Of a DNA stretch of 64,000 nt, positions 18,050-26,877 are shown in pieces. The DNA is taken from NCBI GenBank assembly GCA_913043225.1, contig CAJWLU010000006.1, positions 115,698-179,697 of the forward strand, given 5' to 3'. The stretch comes from an uncultured Acidobacteriota bacterium (GTDB lineage Bacteria > Acidobacteriota > Vicinamibacteria > Vicinamibacterales > UBA8438). The translations under genes were made by a program, and so were the position numbers. The notes beneath the pieces were generated by a model, which did not search any database, was not told where the DNA came from, and saw only the letters and a program-made list of their open reading frames with translations. Position 1 is the first letter of the stretch. Each line of letters opens with the position of its first letter.

Positions 18050-19441
18050 ATGACGCGTACCGTTCGGTTCGTTGCTAGCATCGCCGTCCTGGTCGCGCTC
18101 GGCTGGCGCCGTCTTACGACGCCGCCAGGTCCGTGGCTGCTGGTAATGCTGTTGCTGATGCTTGGACCTCACCAAGGACGGCCACTACGAGCCCAGACGG
18201 AGAGCCGGCTTTTTGTCCAGGTCTTCGCGGCCGACGGATCGGCAGTTACCGACCTCACCGCTGAAGACTTCGTGATCGAGTCCGGCAACGTGGAGGGCCG
18301 GGTGATTCGAGCCGAGTTGGTGGAGGAGCCGCTGCGTCTAGCCTTGCTCGTCGATGACGCTGATGGGGCTGACCCGTACTTCCGGTTTTTGAGGAATGGG
18401 TTACCGGTCTTTGTCGATGCGCTACCAAGCACGAGCGAGGTATCTCTCGTGCTCTTGTCGGGAAGGCCTCGGGTTGTCGTTGACCACACAGAAGGACTGG
18501 CGGAGGTCAGGGACCACCTCAATGGACTCTTTACGTGGCAGGGCACGTCGGCCGGTTTCTTCGACGGCCTTACTGAGACGCTGGCAGGGTTCGACCCGCA
18601 GCTCAACTGGCCCGTCATGGCGGTCGTCACGACGGACGGCGCATCGCGACGTGACATCTTCAGCGAGGGGAAATACAGCGACTTCCGAGAGCGGCTCGCA
18701 AGCAGTGGAGCGACGGTTCATGCCCTGGGACTTAGTACGCCGACAGGTGATGGGTTCCAGACACGTCTTGTGGAGGATGTCGCCCGGTTGTCGGGCGGCA
18801 GCTACCTCACATTGAATTCGCCCAGTCAGGCGGTGACTGACCAGCTCACCGTCATAGCCGCGGAGATCTCTCGACGCTATGCAGCGTCGTTGAATCAGTA
18901 CCTAGTCGTGTACGAGCTGCCGCCAGGCTCCGACCCCGACGTGCTCGCATCGGCCGGTGTGCGTCGCCCTGATGTGACGCTGCATCTCTCGGCCGATGGT
19001 CGCCCCCGACCAGGCGGACTGACAGGGGCAGCCAGGAGGGCGCTCGCCATTCAAGAGCTCAACGACGCGATCAGCGCCAGGCAGGCCCAGGTGACTGCTC
19101 TCCAAGCAGAGATCGAGGAACTGCAGCGGGAGGCCAGCGCACTTGTTGGGACGACCCAACCGCCGGCGAACGCAAGCGGAAGCGCAGGAAGAGCGGAACC
19201 ATGGAATGCCGCGGAAGCGGCGTTCGCGAACGGACAGATGGAAGAGGCGATTACGTTGTATCGGCAGGCGCACGAGGCGGACCCGACCTGGGGGAAACCG
19301 CTGTTCAAGCTGGCGCTCGTGGCGCTGAATCAAGGCGATGTCGAAACCGCGGTGACCTACTTCGAGGAAGTGGTGGCGGTCGACCCGAATTCGGGAGAGG
19401 CCGCTCAGGCGACTGAATTCGTCGAGCAGTTGAAGCCATAA
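18050..19441 (+). CDS. Secreted VWA-like protein with coiled coil and C-terminal TPRs
   Basis: VTDLTAEDF, LALLVDD, VTTDG, SGG, LNQYLVVY; heptad-like ELNDAISARQAQVTALQAEIEELQ; TPR-like C-terminus. Confidence 0.75.
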   Translation: MTRTVRFVASIAVLVALGWRRLTTPPGPWLLVMLLLMLGPHQGRPLRAQTESRLFVQVFAADGSAVTDLTAEDFVIESGNVEGRVIRAELVEEPLRLALLVDDADGADPYFRFLRNGLPVFVDALPSTSEVSLVLLSGRPRVVVDHTEGLAEVRDHLNGLFTWQGTSAGFFDGLTETLAGFDPQLNWPVMAVVTTDGASRRDIFSEGKYSDFRERLASSGATVHALGLSTPTGDGFQTRLVEDVARLSGGSYLTLNSPSQAVTDQLTVIAAEISRRYAASLNQYLVVYELPPGSDPDVLASAGVRRPDVTLHLSADGRPRPGGLTGAARRALAIQELNDAISARQAQVTALQAEIEELQREASALVGTTQPPANASGSAGRAEPWNAAEAAFANGQMEEAITLYRQAHEADPTWGKPLFKLALVALNQGDVETAVTYFEEVVAVDPNSGEAAQATEFVEQLKP

Positions 19442-19559
19442 CTATTTCCAAGGTAGAACCCTTTGAACTCGGGGTCCACATGGAGGATCGAGTAAGGGAG
19501 CTCGAAAAACGTCAATCTGTCGTCGGCGTGGGCGCTGCGATGGGCGTCGGCCCTGGAAG

Positions 19560-19660
19560 AGCTTCTCAGGAACGAACTCTTCAACCTCGGCTTCATACCC
19601 GAGCAGATCGCCGAAGCCCAACGCCTCGCCCGCGAGTGGGACGCCGCGCACTCGCGGTAG
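19560..19660 (+). pseudogene. Internally deleted Sel1-repeat protein remnant
   Basis: Reads ...LFNLGFIPEQIAEAQRLAREWDAAHSR-stop; FNLGF is fused directly to the terminal helix. Confidence 0.7.
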
Positions 19661-19694
19661 ACATCACGTAGATTTCTTCCCTGCTGATACCGTC

Positions 19695-19980
19695 ATGGCA
19701 AAACCCGAGGAGATGTTACGCGCTCAGGCGGTTCGTTGACACGCCCGTGCGCAATTCAACCTCTGGATCATGTACGCCCACGGCGACCAACAAGACGGCG
19801 TTCCGCAGGACGACGTCCTGGCACCGGTGTTGTGCAATCGTGAGGCCTCACAACGGACTGGTGAGATTCAGGAGAGTGCAGCCGAGTTACGCGACCCCCG
19901 TTAGAGCCCTGATGACGCCAGAGGAGGTCACCGAAGCCCAACGCCTCGCCCGAGAGTGGGACGAGGCGCACCCGCGGTAG
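19695..19980 (+). pseudogene. Sel1-repeat protein pseudogene
   Basis: MAKPEEMLRAQAVR*HARAQFNLWIMYAHG...GVPQDDVLA...AAELRD, frameshift, then VRALMTPEEVTEAQRLAREWDEAHPR-stop. Confidence 0.8.
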
Positions 19981-20004
19981 CTGGGAGACTGCAAGCTGTC
20001 TGAG

Positions 20005-20223
20005 GTGCTGCTGTTCACGCTCGTAAGTCTGGCGCTGTTCGCGCTGGCAATCGCTATGCCGAAGGTGATGCGCCTTAGAATCAGATTCTTTAAGTGGATT
20101 CATTGGACTTGGGCTGTCCGCGTGCACGAAGAGCACTTCGACACACTAGTCCTCCTCGCTCGTTCTGTTCTGATTGGGATGGCGGGAGTGCTGTTTTTGT
20201 TCTCTGTTGCGAGCGTGTTGTAG
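20005..20223 (+). CDS. Small two-TM hypothetical membrane protein
   Basis: 72-aa ORF with two hydrophobic segments. Confidence 0.5.
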   Translation: MLLFTLVSLALFALAIAMPKVMRLRIRFFKWIHWTWAVRVHEEHFDTLVLLARSVLIGMAGVLFLFSVASVL

Positions 20224-20483
20224 TGGCGACGGAGACACCACAGTTCGCTGTCCTAGTTGTGAACGTGAGAGGACGGGCCGGGTTCGCAATGCCCGCACCA
20301 TCCGTATAACCCCACGCCGACGGCCAGTCAGCACGGGTTGTGCTGGGTGCAGGTCTGTGGCCGCAGAGGCCCGCTGGGCGTGGAACGCCCAGCAAATTGG
20401 CACATCGTTGGCATAAAGTGCGAAACGAGAAGGACGGTGAGCGGGGCGTCCGCTCACCCATGGCCGGTTTTATTGAGGAAATG

Positions 20484-20558
20484 TGGTGGGTCGCGCTGGG
20501 ATCGAACCAGCGACACCCTGATTAAAAGTCAGGTGCTCTACCACTGAGCTAGCGACCC
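20484..20558 (-). tRNA. tRNA-Lys (anticodon TTT)
   Basis: GGGTCGC TAGCTCAGTGGTAGAGC...CT-TTT-AA...GGTTCGATCC...GCGACCCACCA. Confidence 0.96.
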
Positions 20559-20837
20559 TCGGTTCTCGATAGGACAACACGCCGCAGGCATTTCTGTGAG
20601 CTGCGATCTTCGCCCGGGTCCGGAGGTTTATATCGTTCTGTCGGAGGTGTCCATGTGCTCGGTCCACACCTGCATTTCTGCGCTGAGCGGAGACGGCGGC
20701 TTAGGCCATGTGCTGCCGCTGGCGTCCAGGCAAGATCCGGCCTCACCGGTCACAGAATGCGAAGGGATCTACGACGGGCTTTCGCTGGAACTTGGCGACC
20801 ATCTGTGGGATCTCGTCAACGCGGATCTGAGTCTCGT

Positions 20838-21047
20838 GAATGCACTCAACCATCCATGGTCGGTAGTTGAATGCGTGCGGCGTGGGTCGACACGGTGTCG
20901 TCCCTACGCCACACGAATTCCAACCGTTCCCTCTCGCCGGCCGCTGGAGAACGCGCCGGCCGGGCACGCAGAGTGGTTGCCCCGGGACTGCGTGCGGGGG
21001 CAAACGGGGCCCCACGGGTCCCGCCGGGGCTTCGGCGAAAGCCCCAG
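20838..21047 (-). ncRNA. Candidate structured RNA (unassigned)
   Basis: Two pairs of directly abutting hairpins, each pair closed by a short helix; G-U pairs favour the minus strand. No known family recognised. Confidence 0.3.
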
Positions 21048-21054
21048 GAAAAAC

Positions 21055-21696
21055 CTAGTGCACCACTATGGGCACCGACGCCGCCATAGCACCCCACTCA
21101 AATCGGAGCTCGCTGTTCTCAATGAAGATGGTCAGCTGGTCCGCCGGGGTGTCCAACGTGCTCACGCTCATCTCGGCGCGGCCAAGGTCGCTGTCCTCGT
21201 TGTAGGCGGTACCCCATTGACCGGTCTCGCTGTTAACGATCAATTCGGTGGTGTCACCAGAGGTCAGGGTGAAAAGGGTGTACTCGCCGGCCGGCACATG
21301 TACCGACCCCACCATAAGGTCACCGCTGGTGCTGAAGGTGGTCGCCTCGTCTGCCCCGAGTCGCCAGACCTTGTCCGCAAGCGGCTCGACACTGTCCCCG
21401 ACCACACGGTCCCGCAGGTACGGCCGGCCGTAGGTGACCGACAGGTTCGCGCCGCTAACCTCCCAGTCGACCTGGACATGAGGGCTGCCCGCAGCACCTT
21501 CGTGCACCGGCGTGAGGGTGCCGCCGCCGAGCATGCTCTGCGCGGCCGGTGCTTCCTCAGGCGCCGCTGCCTCGGGGGTAGCGCCCGCGGGCTCAGAGGA
21601 TGCCATCTCCGTACCGCCGCCGCAGCCGACGGCCATGGCGAGGCCAAACACTACCGCCGTTCCACTCTTGGACCAAAACATCACAGATACCTCCAT
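21055..21696 (-). CDS. DUF2911 domain lipoprotein
   Basis: Lipobox AVGC; SPH, VTYGRPYLRDR, VWRLGADEAT, VPAGEYTLFT, QWGT. Confidence 0.88.
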   Translation of the reverse strand: MEVSVMFWSKSGTAVVFGLAMAVGCGGGTEMASSEPAGATPEAAAPEEAPAAQSMLGGGTLTPVHEGAAGSPHVQVDWEVSGANLSVTYGRPYLRDRVVGDSVEPLADKVWRLGADEATTFSTSGDLMVGSVHVPAGEYTLFTLTSGDTTELIVNSETGQWGTAYNEDSDLGRAEMSVSTLDTPADQLTIFIENSELRFEWGAMAASVPIVVH

Positions 21697-21963
21697 TCAG
21701 AAAAAGAGCGACTCACTATAACGCATCGCGCCCGGAGTGACGGAGCACGGACGCCACCGCGGCAGAATCCCGTGCAGCGTCACCGACAGTGCGATCTTGA
21801 TCACCAGCCCGGCGGTTTGGTCCTGGTCGTCAACGAAGGGGTTCAGCGGCGAACGGATGCGGCGTAAGCGCCGTGCCTCTTTCTTGACCATGCTCATAAC
21901 AGTCTGATAATATTCGATTTGCGGCTTCGTCACCCGGTCTTTATGCCGCATCAGCAGTCGCAT
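21697..21963 (-). CDS. Hypothetical protein
   Basis: 88-aa ORF filling the gap, protein-like composition; no motif. Confidence 0.3.
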   Translation of the reverse strand: MRLLMRHKDRVTKPQIEYYQTVMSMVKKEARRLRRIRSPLNPFVDDQDQTAGLVIKIALSVTLHGILPRWRPCSVTPGAMRYSESLFF

Positions 21964-21986
21964 TTTCCGGAAGGGAACGGTCGGCC

Positions 21987-22244
21987 ATGAAGCGCTTCGA
22001 GATTGGGGCTAGGGTGCATGAACCCACCTACGGGCTCGGTTCGGTTATCGCTGTCGAAGACGCCTTCACTCGGATTCAGTTCGACGACAACACCGTTCGC
22101 AAGTTCTTGACGAGCATCGCGAAGATCAAGCCGTCGAGCGAGCCGGCGCCCACCACTCGGCCCCGCACCCGGAAGCGGAAGACCGCGACTAAGACTAAGG
22201 CTAAGACTAAGGCTAAGACTAGCCCCGACGGCGATTCCGACTAG
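21987..22244 (+). CDS. Small tudor/SH3-like protein (PcrA C-terminal-like) with basic tail
   Basis: GARVHEPTYGLGSV...IQFDD..VRKF; K/T/A tail from a 6-bp periodic repeat at 22188-22220. Confidence 0.65.
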   Translation: MKRFEIGARVHEPTYGLGSVIAVEDAFTRIQFDDNTVRKFLTSIAKIKPSSEPAPTTRPRTRKRKTATKTKAKTKAKTSPDGDSD

Positions 22245-22248
22245 TCCG

Positions 22249-23649
22249 TCAATTATCGGTGAATTGCTCGCCATGCCACGACAGGACGGCTTTGGCGGTG
22301 GTTCGTCCGTCGGTAATGCAGTCGGGTATGCCGGATACGCGGAAGCCGGCGCCCGCGAGAAAGAGCCCCGGCCAGCCTGCTAGCCGTCGTTCCACAGTGT
22401 TCACCCGGGCCAGGTGTCCGACCTCGTGCTGCGCCATGGCCCGTGGCCAGCGATAGACCCGACTCAGTCCCGGCTGGCGGTCAATGCCGAGCAGTCGGGC
22501 GAACGTATCGTGAGTCTCAGCGCGGAGCGTGTCGTCGTCGCGTTCGAGAACGTTGGGGTCGCGCGCCCCGCCCAGGAAGCCGCGAACCAGTATCTGCCCT
22601 GGCGGCGCGCGCCCCGGCCACTTCGACGTCACCCAGGAGCCGGCCATTAGGCGGGTGTCTCGCTGGACACGAGGCACGACGAAGCCGGAACCCGTCTTCG
22701 GTCGCCGGACCGCCGAGCTGGAATAGGCGAGAAGCACTGTTGCGGTCGACATGTAGGGTACACCCGCGCAGAGGGTGGCGAGTTCTGGGTCGAGCGCCCG
22801 GACCATGTCGGCCACCGCATAGGCAGGCGTGGCCAGGACGAGCGCCTCCGCCTCGAGAACCTCTCCGTCGGCCAGAATCACTCGAAACGGAGCGCGTCCC
22901 TCGATCCGGGATACCTGCGCGTTGTAGCGAATCGACGGGGCCGGGAGTGCCTCGCGGAGCGCCGTGACGAGTTCCTCGATACCACCCGGCAGGGAGCGGA
23001 AGAGTCCATCAGGGGCCGGGGGTGTCCGGGCGCGCGCGTGCCGCATCGCGCGGATAAGACTGCCCATCGTCTGCTCCGCCGTGGCGAGGCGGGGGAACAA
23101 GGCCCGTAGGGAGAGCCTCTCGACGTCTCCAGCGTGGATCCCGGCCAATAGCGGTTCAGCGACGCGTTCTACCACCTCCTCACCGAGCCGGCGGCGGAAG
23201 AAGGCCCCCACCGACTCATCGTCGGCTCCGCCAGGCGAAACTAGCGGCTCGAGCGCCATTCTGAGCTTACCGAGCGGCGAGATTAGGCCGGTGGTCAGCC
23301 AGGGGGCTATCGATGTGGGAATTCCGAGCACAGAGTTCGCCGGAAGCCGATGCAGTCGATCGGCGAGGACGTACGCGGTGCGCGGGGTAAGGGTTGAGAT
23401 AAGACGGTCCGTAAGGCCGAGATCCCGACATAGGTCAAGTGCGCCCGGTTTCTGGACGAGCAGGGAGTCCGGACCCGCATCAAGCACGAATCCGCCAGCC
23501 TGTTCGGTGCGAATCAGGCCGCCCAGCCGGGATCGAGCCTCAAGAAGGGTGAACGGCGCGCTCTGCTGGCACAACTCATAAGCGGCGGCGAGCCCAGACA
23601 CACCGCCGCCAACGATGATGGTCCGTTTTTGTCCCTCATTTTCGGTCAC
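22249..23649 (-). CDS. hemY: Protoporphyrinogen/coproporphyrinogen oxidase (HemY-type)
   Basis: IVGGGVSGLAAA, RLGG, DAGPDS, EPLLAGIHAGD, SKWPGRAP, GIPDCI; follows hemE. Confidence 0.93.
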   Translation of the reverse strand: MTENEGQKRTIIVGGGVSGLAAAYELCQQSAPFTLLEARSRLGGLIRTEQAGGFVLDAGPDSLLVQKPGALDLCRDLGLTDRLISTLTPRTAYVLADRLHRLPANSVLGIPTSIAPWLTTGLISPLGKLRMALEPLVSPGGADDESVGAFFRRRLGEEVVERVAEPLLAGIHAGDVERLSLRALFPRLATAEQTMGSLIRAMRHARARTPPAPDGLFRSLPGGIEELVTALREALPAPSIRYNAQVSRIEGRAPFRVILADGEVLEAEALVLATPAYAVADMVRALDPELATLCAGVPYMSTATVLLAYSSSAVRRPKTGSGFVVPRVQRDTRLMAGSWVTSKWPGRAPPGQILVRGFLGGARDPNVLERDDDTLRAETHDTFARLLGIDRQPGLSRVYRWPRAMAQHEVGHLARVNTVERRLAGWPGLFLAGAGFRVSGIPDCITDGRTTAKAVLSWHGEQFTDN

Positions 23650-23654
23650 GGTGG

Positions 23655-24698
23655 CTATTGCACCGTCTGGGCTTGGGCGGTCTGCTCGTGGACGAAACAA
23701 GCGAGAGTCTGCACCCGTTCCAGATTCGTCGGAGGGAGGATGCCGTGCCCCAGATTAAAGATGTGGCCCGGGCGACCCTGGGCCCGCTGAAGCACATCGA
23801 AGGCGCCACGCAGCATCCGGGTTTCTGGGCCTAGGAGTAAGGTTGGGTCAAGGTTGCCCTGCACGGCGCGGTCGGCGCCAACGAGGTCCCACCCGTGGTC
23901 TAGCGGAATTCGCCAGTCAAGGCCGATCACGTCTCCGCCGGCGTCACGCATCGCCTTTAGGATGGTCGTCGTGCCAGTGCCGAAGTGGAGCGTAGGGGCG
24001 TCAAGGCCCTGAAGCCGTTCGAAGATGGCGCGGGTGTGTGGGAGTGCAAACTCTCGATAGTCCTCGGGCGATAGCGCGCCCACCCAGGAGTCGAACACCT
24101 GTACCGCCTGGGCGCCGGCTTCGATCTGCGCCACTAGGTAGTCCCCCACAATACTGGCGAAGGTGTTCGCGAGACGATGCCAGGCGTCTGGCTCGCCGTA
24201 CATCAGCGCCTTGGTGCGAGCGTAATTGCTCGACGGTCCGCCTTCGATCGCGTACGACGCCATTGTGAATGGCGCGCCGGCGAATCCGATGAGCGGCACC
24301 TTGTCGGCGAGTTGACTCCGAAGCAGTCGGATCGTCTCAAGGACGTGAGCGAGGTCCTCGCGGGGCTCAAAGCGTCGCAGCTGGTCAATCCGTTCGATGG
24401 TCCGCACTGGAGGGTCGATGACCGGGCCCTCGCCCTTGACGAAGTCGAAGGGAATGCCCATGGGGGCGAGGGGCAGCAGTAGGTCGGAGAAGAGAATCGC
24501 GGCATCGACCTCAATCTCGTTGACCGGTTGCAGAGTGACCTCGGCAGCCAACTCCGGCTCGGCGCAGATCTCGAGCAGCGTGTGGCGCTCACGGATGGCC
24601 CGGTAGGAGGTCATGTAGCGTCCGGCCTGACGCATGAACCAGACCGGCGTTGCGTCAACGGGTTCGCGCCGACAGGCACGGAGAAAGCGATCGTTCAC
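23655..24698 (-). CDS. hemE: Uroporphyrinogen decarboxylase
   Basis: PVWFMRQAGRY, LIGFAGAPFT, QVFDSW, QGNLDP, FNLGHGI. Confidence 0.97.
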   Translation of the reverse strand: MNDRFLRACRREPVDATPVWFMRQAGRYMTSYRAIRERHTLLEICAEPELAAEVTLQPVNEIEVDAAILFSDLLLPLAPMGIPFDFVKGEGPVIDPPVRTIERIDQLRRFEPREDLAHVLETIRLLRSQLADKVPLIGFAGAPFTMASYAIEGGPSSNYARTKALMYGEPDAWHRLANTFASIVGDYLVAQIEAGAQAVQVFDSWVGALSPEDYREFALPHTRAIFERLQGLDAPTLHFGTGTTTILKAMRDAGGDVIGLDWRIPLDHGWDLVGADRAVQGNLDPTLLLGPETRMLRGAFDVLQRAQGRPGHIFNLGHGILPPTNLERVQTLACFVHEQTAQAQTVQ

Positions 24699-24744
24699 AC
24701 ACTACCCCTTTGTAAAGGCCGAACGACGGAGGAGAGAAGTCGAG

Positions 24745-25123
24745 TCAAGCGGGGTTAAGCGCTCGGGTGAGGGCCACGAGATCGTCCAGCCACAGAAGCT
24801 AGCGACGCACCGAGGCGTACAGCGTGTCGATCTGTGCGGTCGTGCCGGCATCGTGAAAGTCATCGCCCATCATGGGGATGACAGGATCTTGCTGGTGGTC
24901 GGCGCTTTCCGCAGATGTTGCGGGAACTGCAGGCCGCTGAGAATGGGGATCTTGGGACCGCGTTTGATCGCGTGGGGGTGCTCGTTAACTGCGAACCTGA
25001 GGCCATCCGGGGGCGGCGCCTTGTAGACAGCGTAGGTCTCGAACTGGAGCATCCTGGCGAACGCGACTCTGACGGGCCGGTGGTCGTTCTTGATCCGCCA
25101 GCCTTTCTCTCCTTCAGCGTCAT
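24745..25123 (-). pseudogene. Decayed single-domain response regulator (receiver)
   Basis: VRVAFARMLQFETY...DGL...HPHAI...KIPILSGLQF..HLR, frameshift, VIPMMGDDFHD...VRR*LLWLDDLVAL; receiver layout with the key Asp/Lys lost. Confidence 0.55.
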
Positions 25124-25287
25124 GATGTCCAACGGACTCCTGTTGGGATTGTCCGACCGATGACAGGAATTCGTCAAGCTCGGTCGGGTGCATGTGACGG
25201 GGAGATTTCGTACTGGTGTAGAATCTCCGCCGGATCTCGTGTGATCCAATGTGCTAATTAGGTCGGTTGGCCTATTCAGAGAACAGC

Positions 25288-25947
25288 GTGAGCCCGATCC
25301 TTCTGCGTCCGATCCGAGAGCAACTTGAGCACGACCGGGTTATCCGGCTCCTGGTAGTGAGGCTACGGCGGCGCTACGCCGTCGGCACCAATCTGGGTGA
25401 CGAGCCCGAAGCTACGCCGGTAAAGTCTTTGGGGGAAGATGTTTACCCTGACCTCGTCTTGGTCACCTCGGATTCGCCGCGGCGCCTGCACGGCGTCATT
25501 GAGGTGGAGACTGCCGAGTCGGTGAATCACTTGGAAGCGCTGGCGGAGTGGGTACCGTTTGCGAAGGCTCGGGGGGCGTTCTACCTCTACGTGCCTGCGG
25601 GCACGACGGACGTTGCGCTTCGACTGTGTCGGCAGCACAAGATTGCAGTTAGTGAGATCTGGAGCTACCACCCCGTTGGCGAGCAGATGCGTTTCACCAT
25701 GACGTATCGCTCCGGGCGGGCGTCTGCGGCTGGACGGGCGAGAGGGGCACGGCCGGGGAAGGTTGCCGCGAAGCGGGATGCTGGCACTAGGACCGGTAAA
25801 TCTGCGAAGAGGGCCGCAACCAAGAAAACGCGGGCAGAAAGAGTAGCGCCCAAGAAGAAGACGGTCACGAAGAAGAGGGCGGCCACCAGCAAGAAGAAGG
25901 CGCCCGCGAAGAAGGCCGCCGCGAAGAAGGCCGCCGCGAAGAAGTAG
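25288..25947 (+). CDS. Hypothetical protein: PD-(D/E)xK-like N-terminal domain plus histone H1-like K/A tail
   Basis: YPDLVL...VIEVET; tail AKKAAAKKAAAKK. Confidence 0.75.
   Translation: MSPILLRPIREQLEHDRVIRLLVVRLRRRYAVGTNLGDEPEATPVKSLGEDVYPDLVLVTSDSPRRLHGVIEVETAESVNHLEALAEWVPFAKARGAFYLYVPAGTTDVALRLCRQHKIAVSEIWSYHPVGEQMRFTMTYRSGRASAAGRARGARPGKVAAKRDAGTRTGKSAKRAATKKTRAERVAPKKKTVTKKRAATSKKKAPAKKAAAKKAAAKK
25906..25944 (+). repeat. 15-bp coding tandem repeat (gcgaagaaggccgcc x2.6)
   Basis: Seen directly; encodes AKKAA. Confidence 0.85.
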
Positions 25948-25962
25948 GACCTTTCGATCCGG

Positions 25963-26790
25963 ATGCCTTTCCTTCGATTCTCTCGTGATAAGCGTGGTTA
26001 CGAGAGCACCTACCTTTGTCATTCGTACCGGCAGAGCGGCACGCAGGACCTGCGGGTGCTTTACTGGTTTCGTACGCCGCCCGGTGTCCGGGTCGGCCGG
26101 TTAGCGCTTGACCCGAAGGCTATCCGGGCAATCGAAGAGGCGAATCCCCGTTTGAAGTTCGACTGGGACAAGATTCTCAAGGTCAAAGCACCCCCGCCGC
26201 CGCAGGAGTACGACCGGGAGGCGCGTGAAGAACGGCGGGCGAAACGACGACGGCGGGCCGCTAGTGAGGCGGAGAGTGAGATCGCCGTTGCGGCCGAGGG
26301 GGCCCGCGGTGAAACGCCGGGGTCTGGAGGCGCGCCGCCCGGGCCAGCCGAGCCCTGTCCGGAGGAGCCCTCTGGCGAGCCTAAGGACTCGGTCGCGCAT
26401 GTGGCGCTAGCGCTCACCGATGGAGAGGGTCTGGCGCGGCTGCGAGCCCGGCACGCGACGATCGTTGCACGAATCGGAGATCGTAAGCGTGAACCGGAGA
26501 AGTTGGCGGCGCTTCAAGCCCAAGCGGCTCTGATCGACCCGGACTCTTGGAAGACCGTCGAAGAGGCGCGGGAACGGGTGGCCGCTCTGGACGAGACTAC
26601 CGAGGCGTTGCGGCGTGCGCTCGGTCGCAGGCCGCGCCGCCGGCGTGGTGGTTCGGGGCGACGACGTGGCGCCGCGTCGGGCCGCCCCGACACGGCAGGC
26701 TCGGCCCCTGGCGCAAAGGCCTCCGAGCCTACGCCCGCGCCGGCGGACGGGTCCGCGCCATCGACTTCTTCCGACGAGAGCTCCGAGTAG
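25963..26790 (+). CDS. Hypothetical protein, Arg-rich
   Basis: Ordered N-terminus PFLRFSRDKRGYE...LYWFRTPPGVRVGR; low-complexity remainder. Confidence 0.7.
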   Translation: MPFLRFSRDKRGYESTYLCHSYRQSGTQDLRVLYWFRTPPGVRVGRLALDPKAIRAIEEANPRLKFDWDKILKVKAPPPPQEYDREAREERRAKRRRRAASEAESEIAVAAEGARGETPGSGGAPPGPAEPCPEEPSGEPKDSVAHVALALTDGEGLARLRARHATIVARIGDRKREPEKLAALQAQAALIDPDSWKTVEEARERVAALDETTEALRRALGRRPRRRRGGSGRRRGAASGRPDTAGSAPGAKASEPTPAPADGSAPSTSSDESSE

Positions 26791-26877
26791 GGCCCCTCTC
26801 CCGTCGACCTTGCAGTCTTGGTAGGTCTCCTCTGGGGGGCGGAACGCGCCACGTCTGGCTCGGAGGGGGCTGCTATA

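Noticed and set aside
20596..21867. 423-aa plus-strand ORF
   Set aside because: Antisense shadow of the DUF2911 gene; no protein-like motifs.
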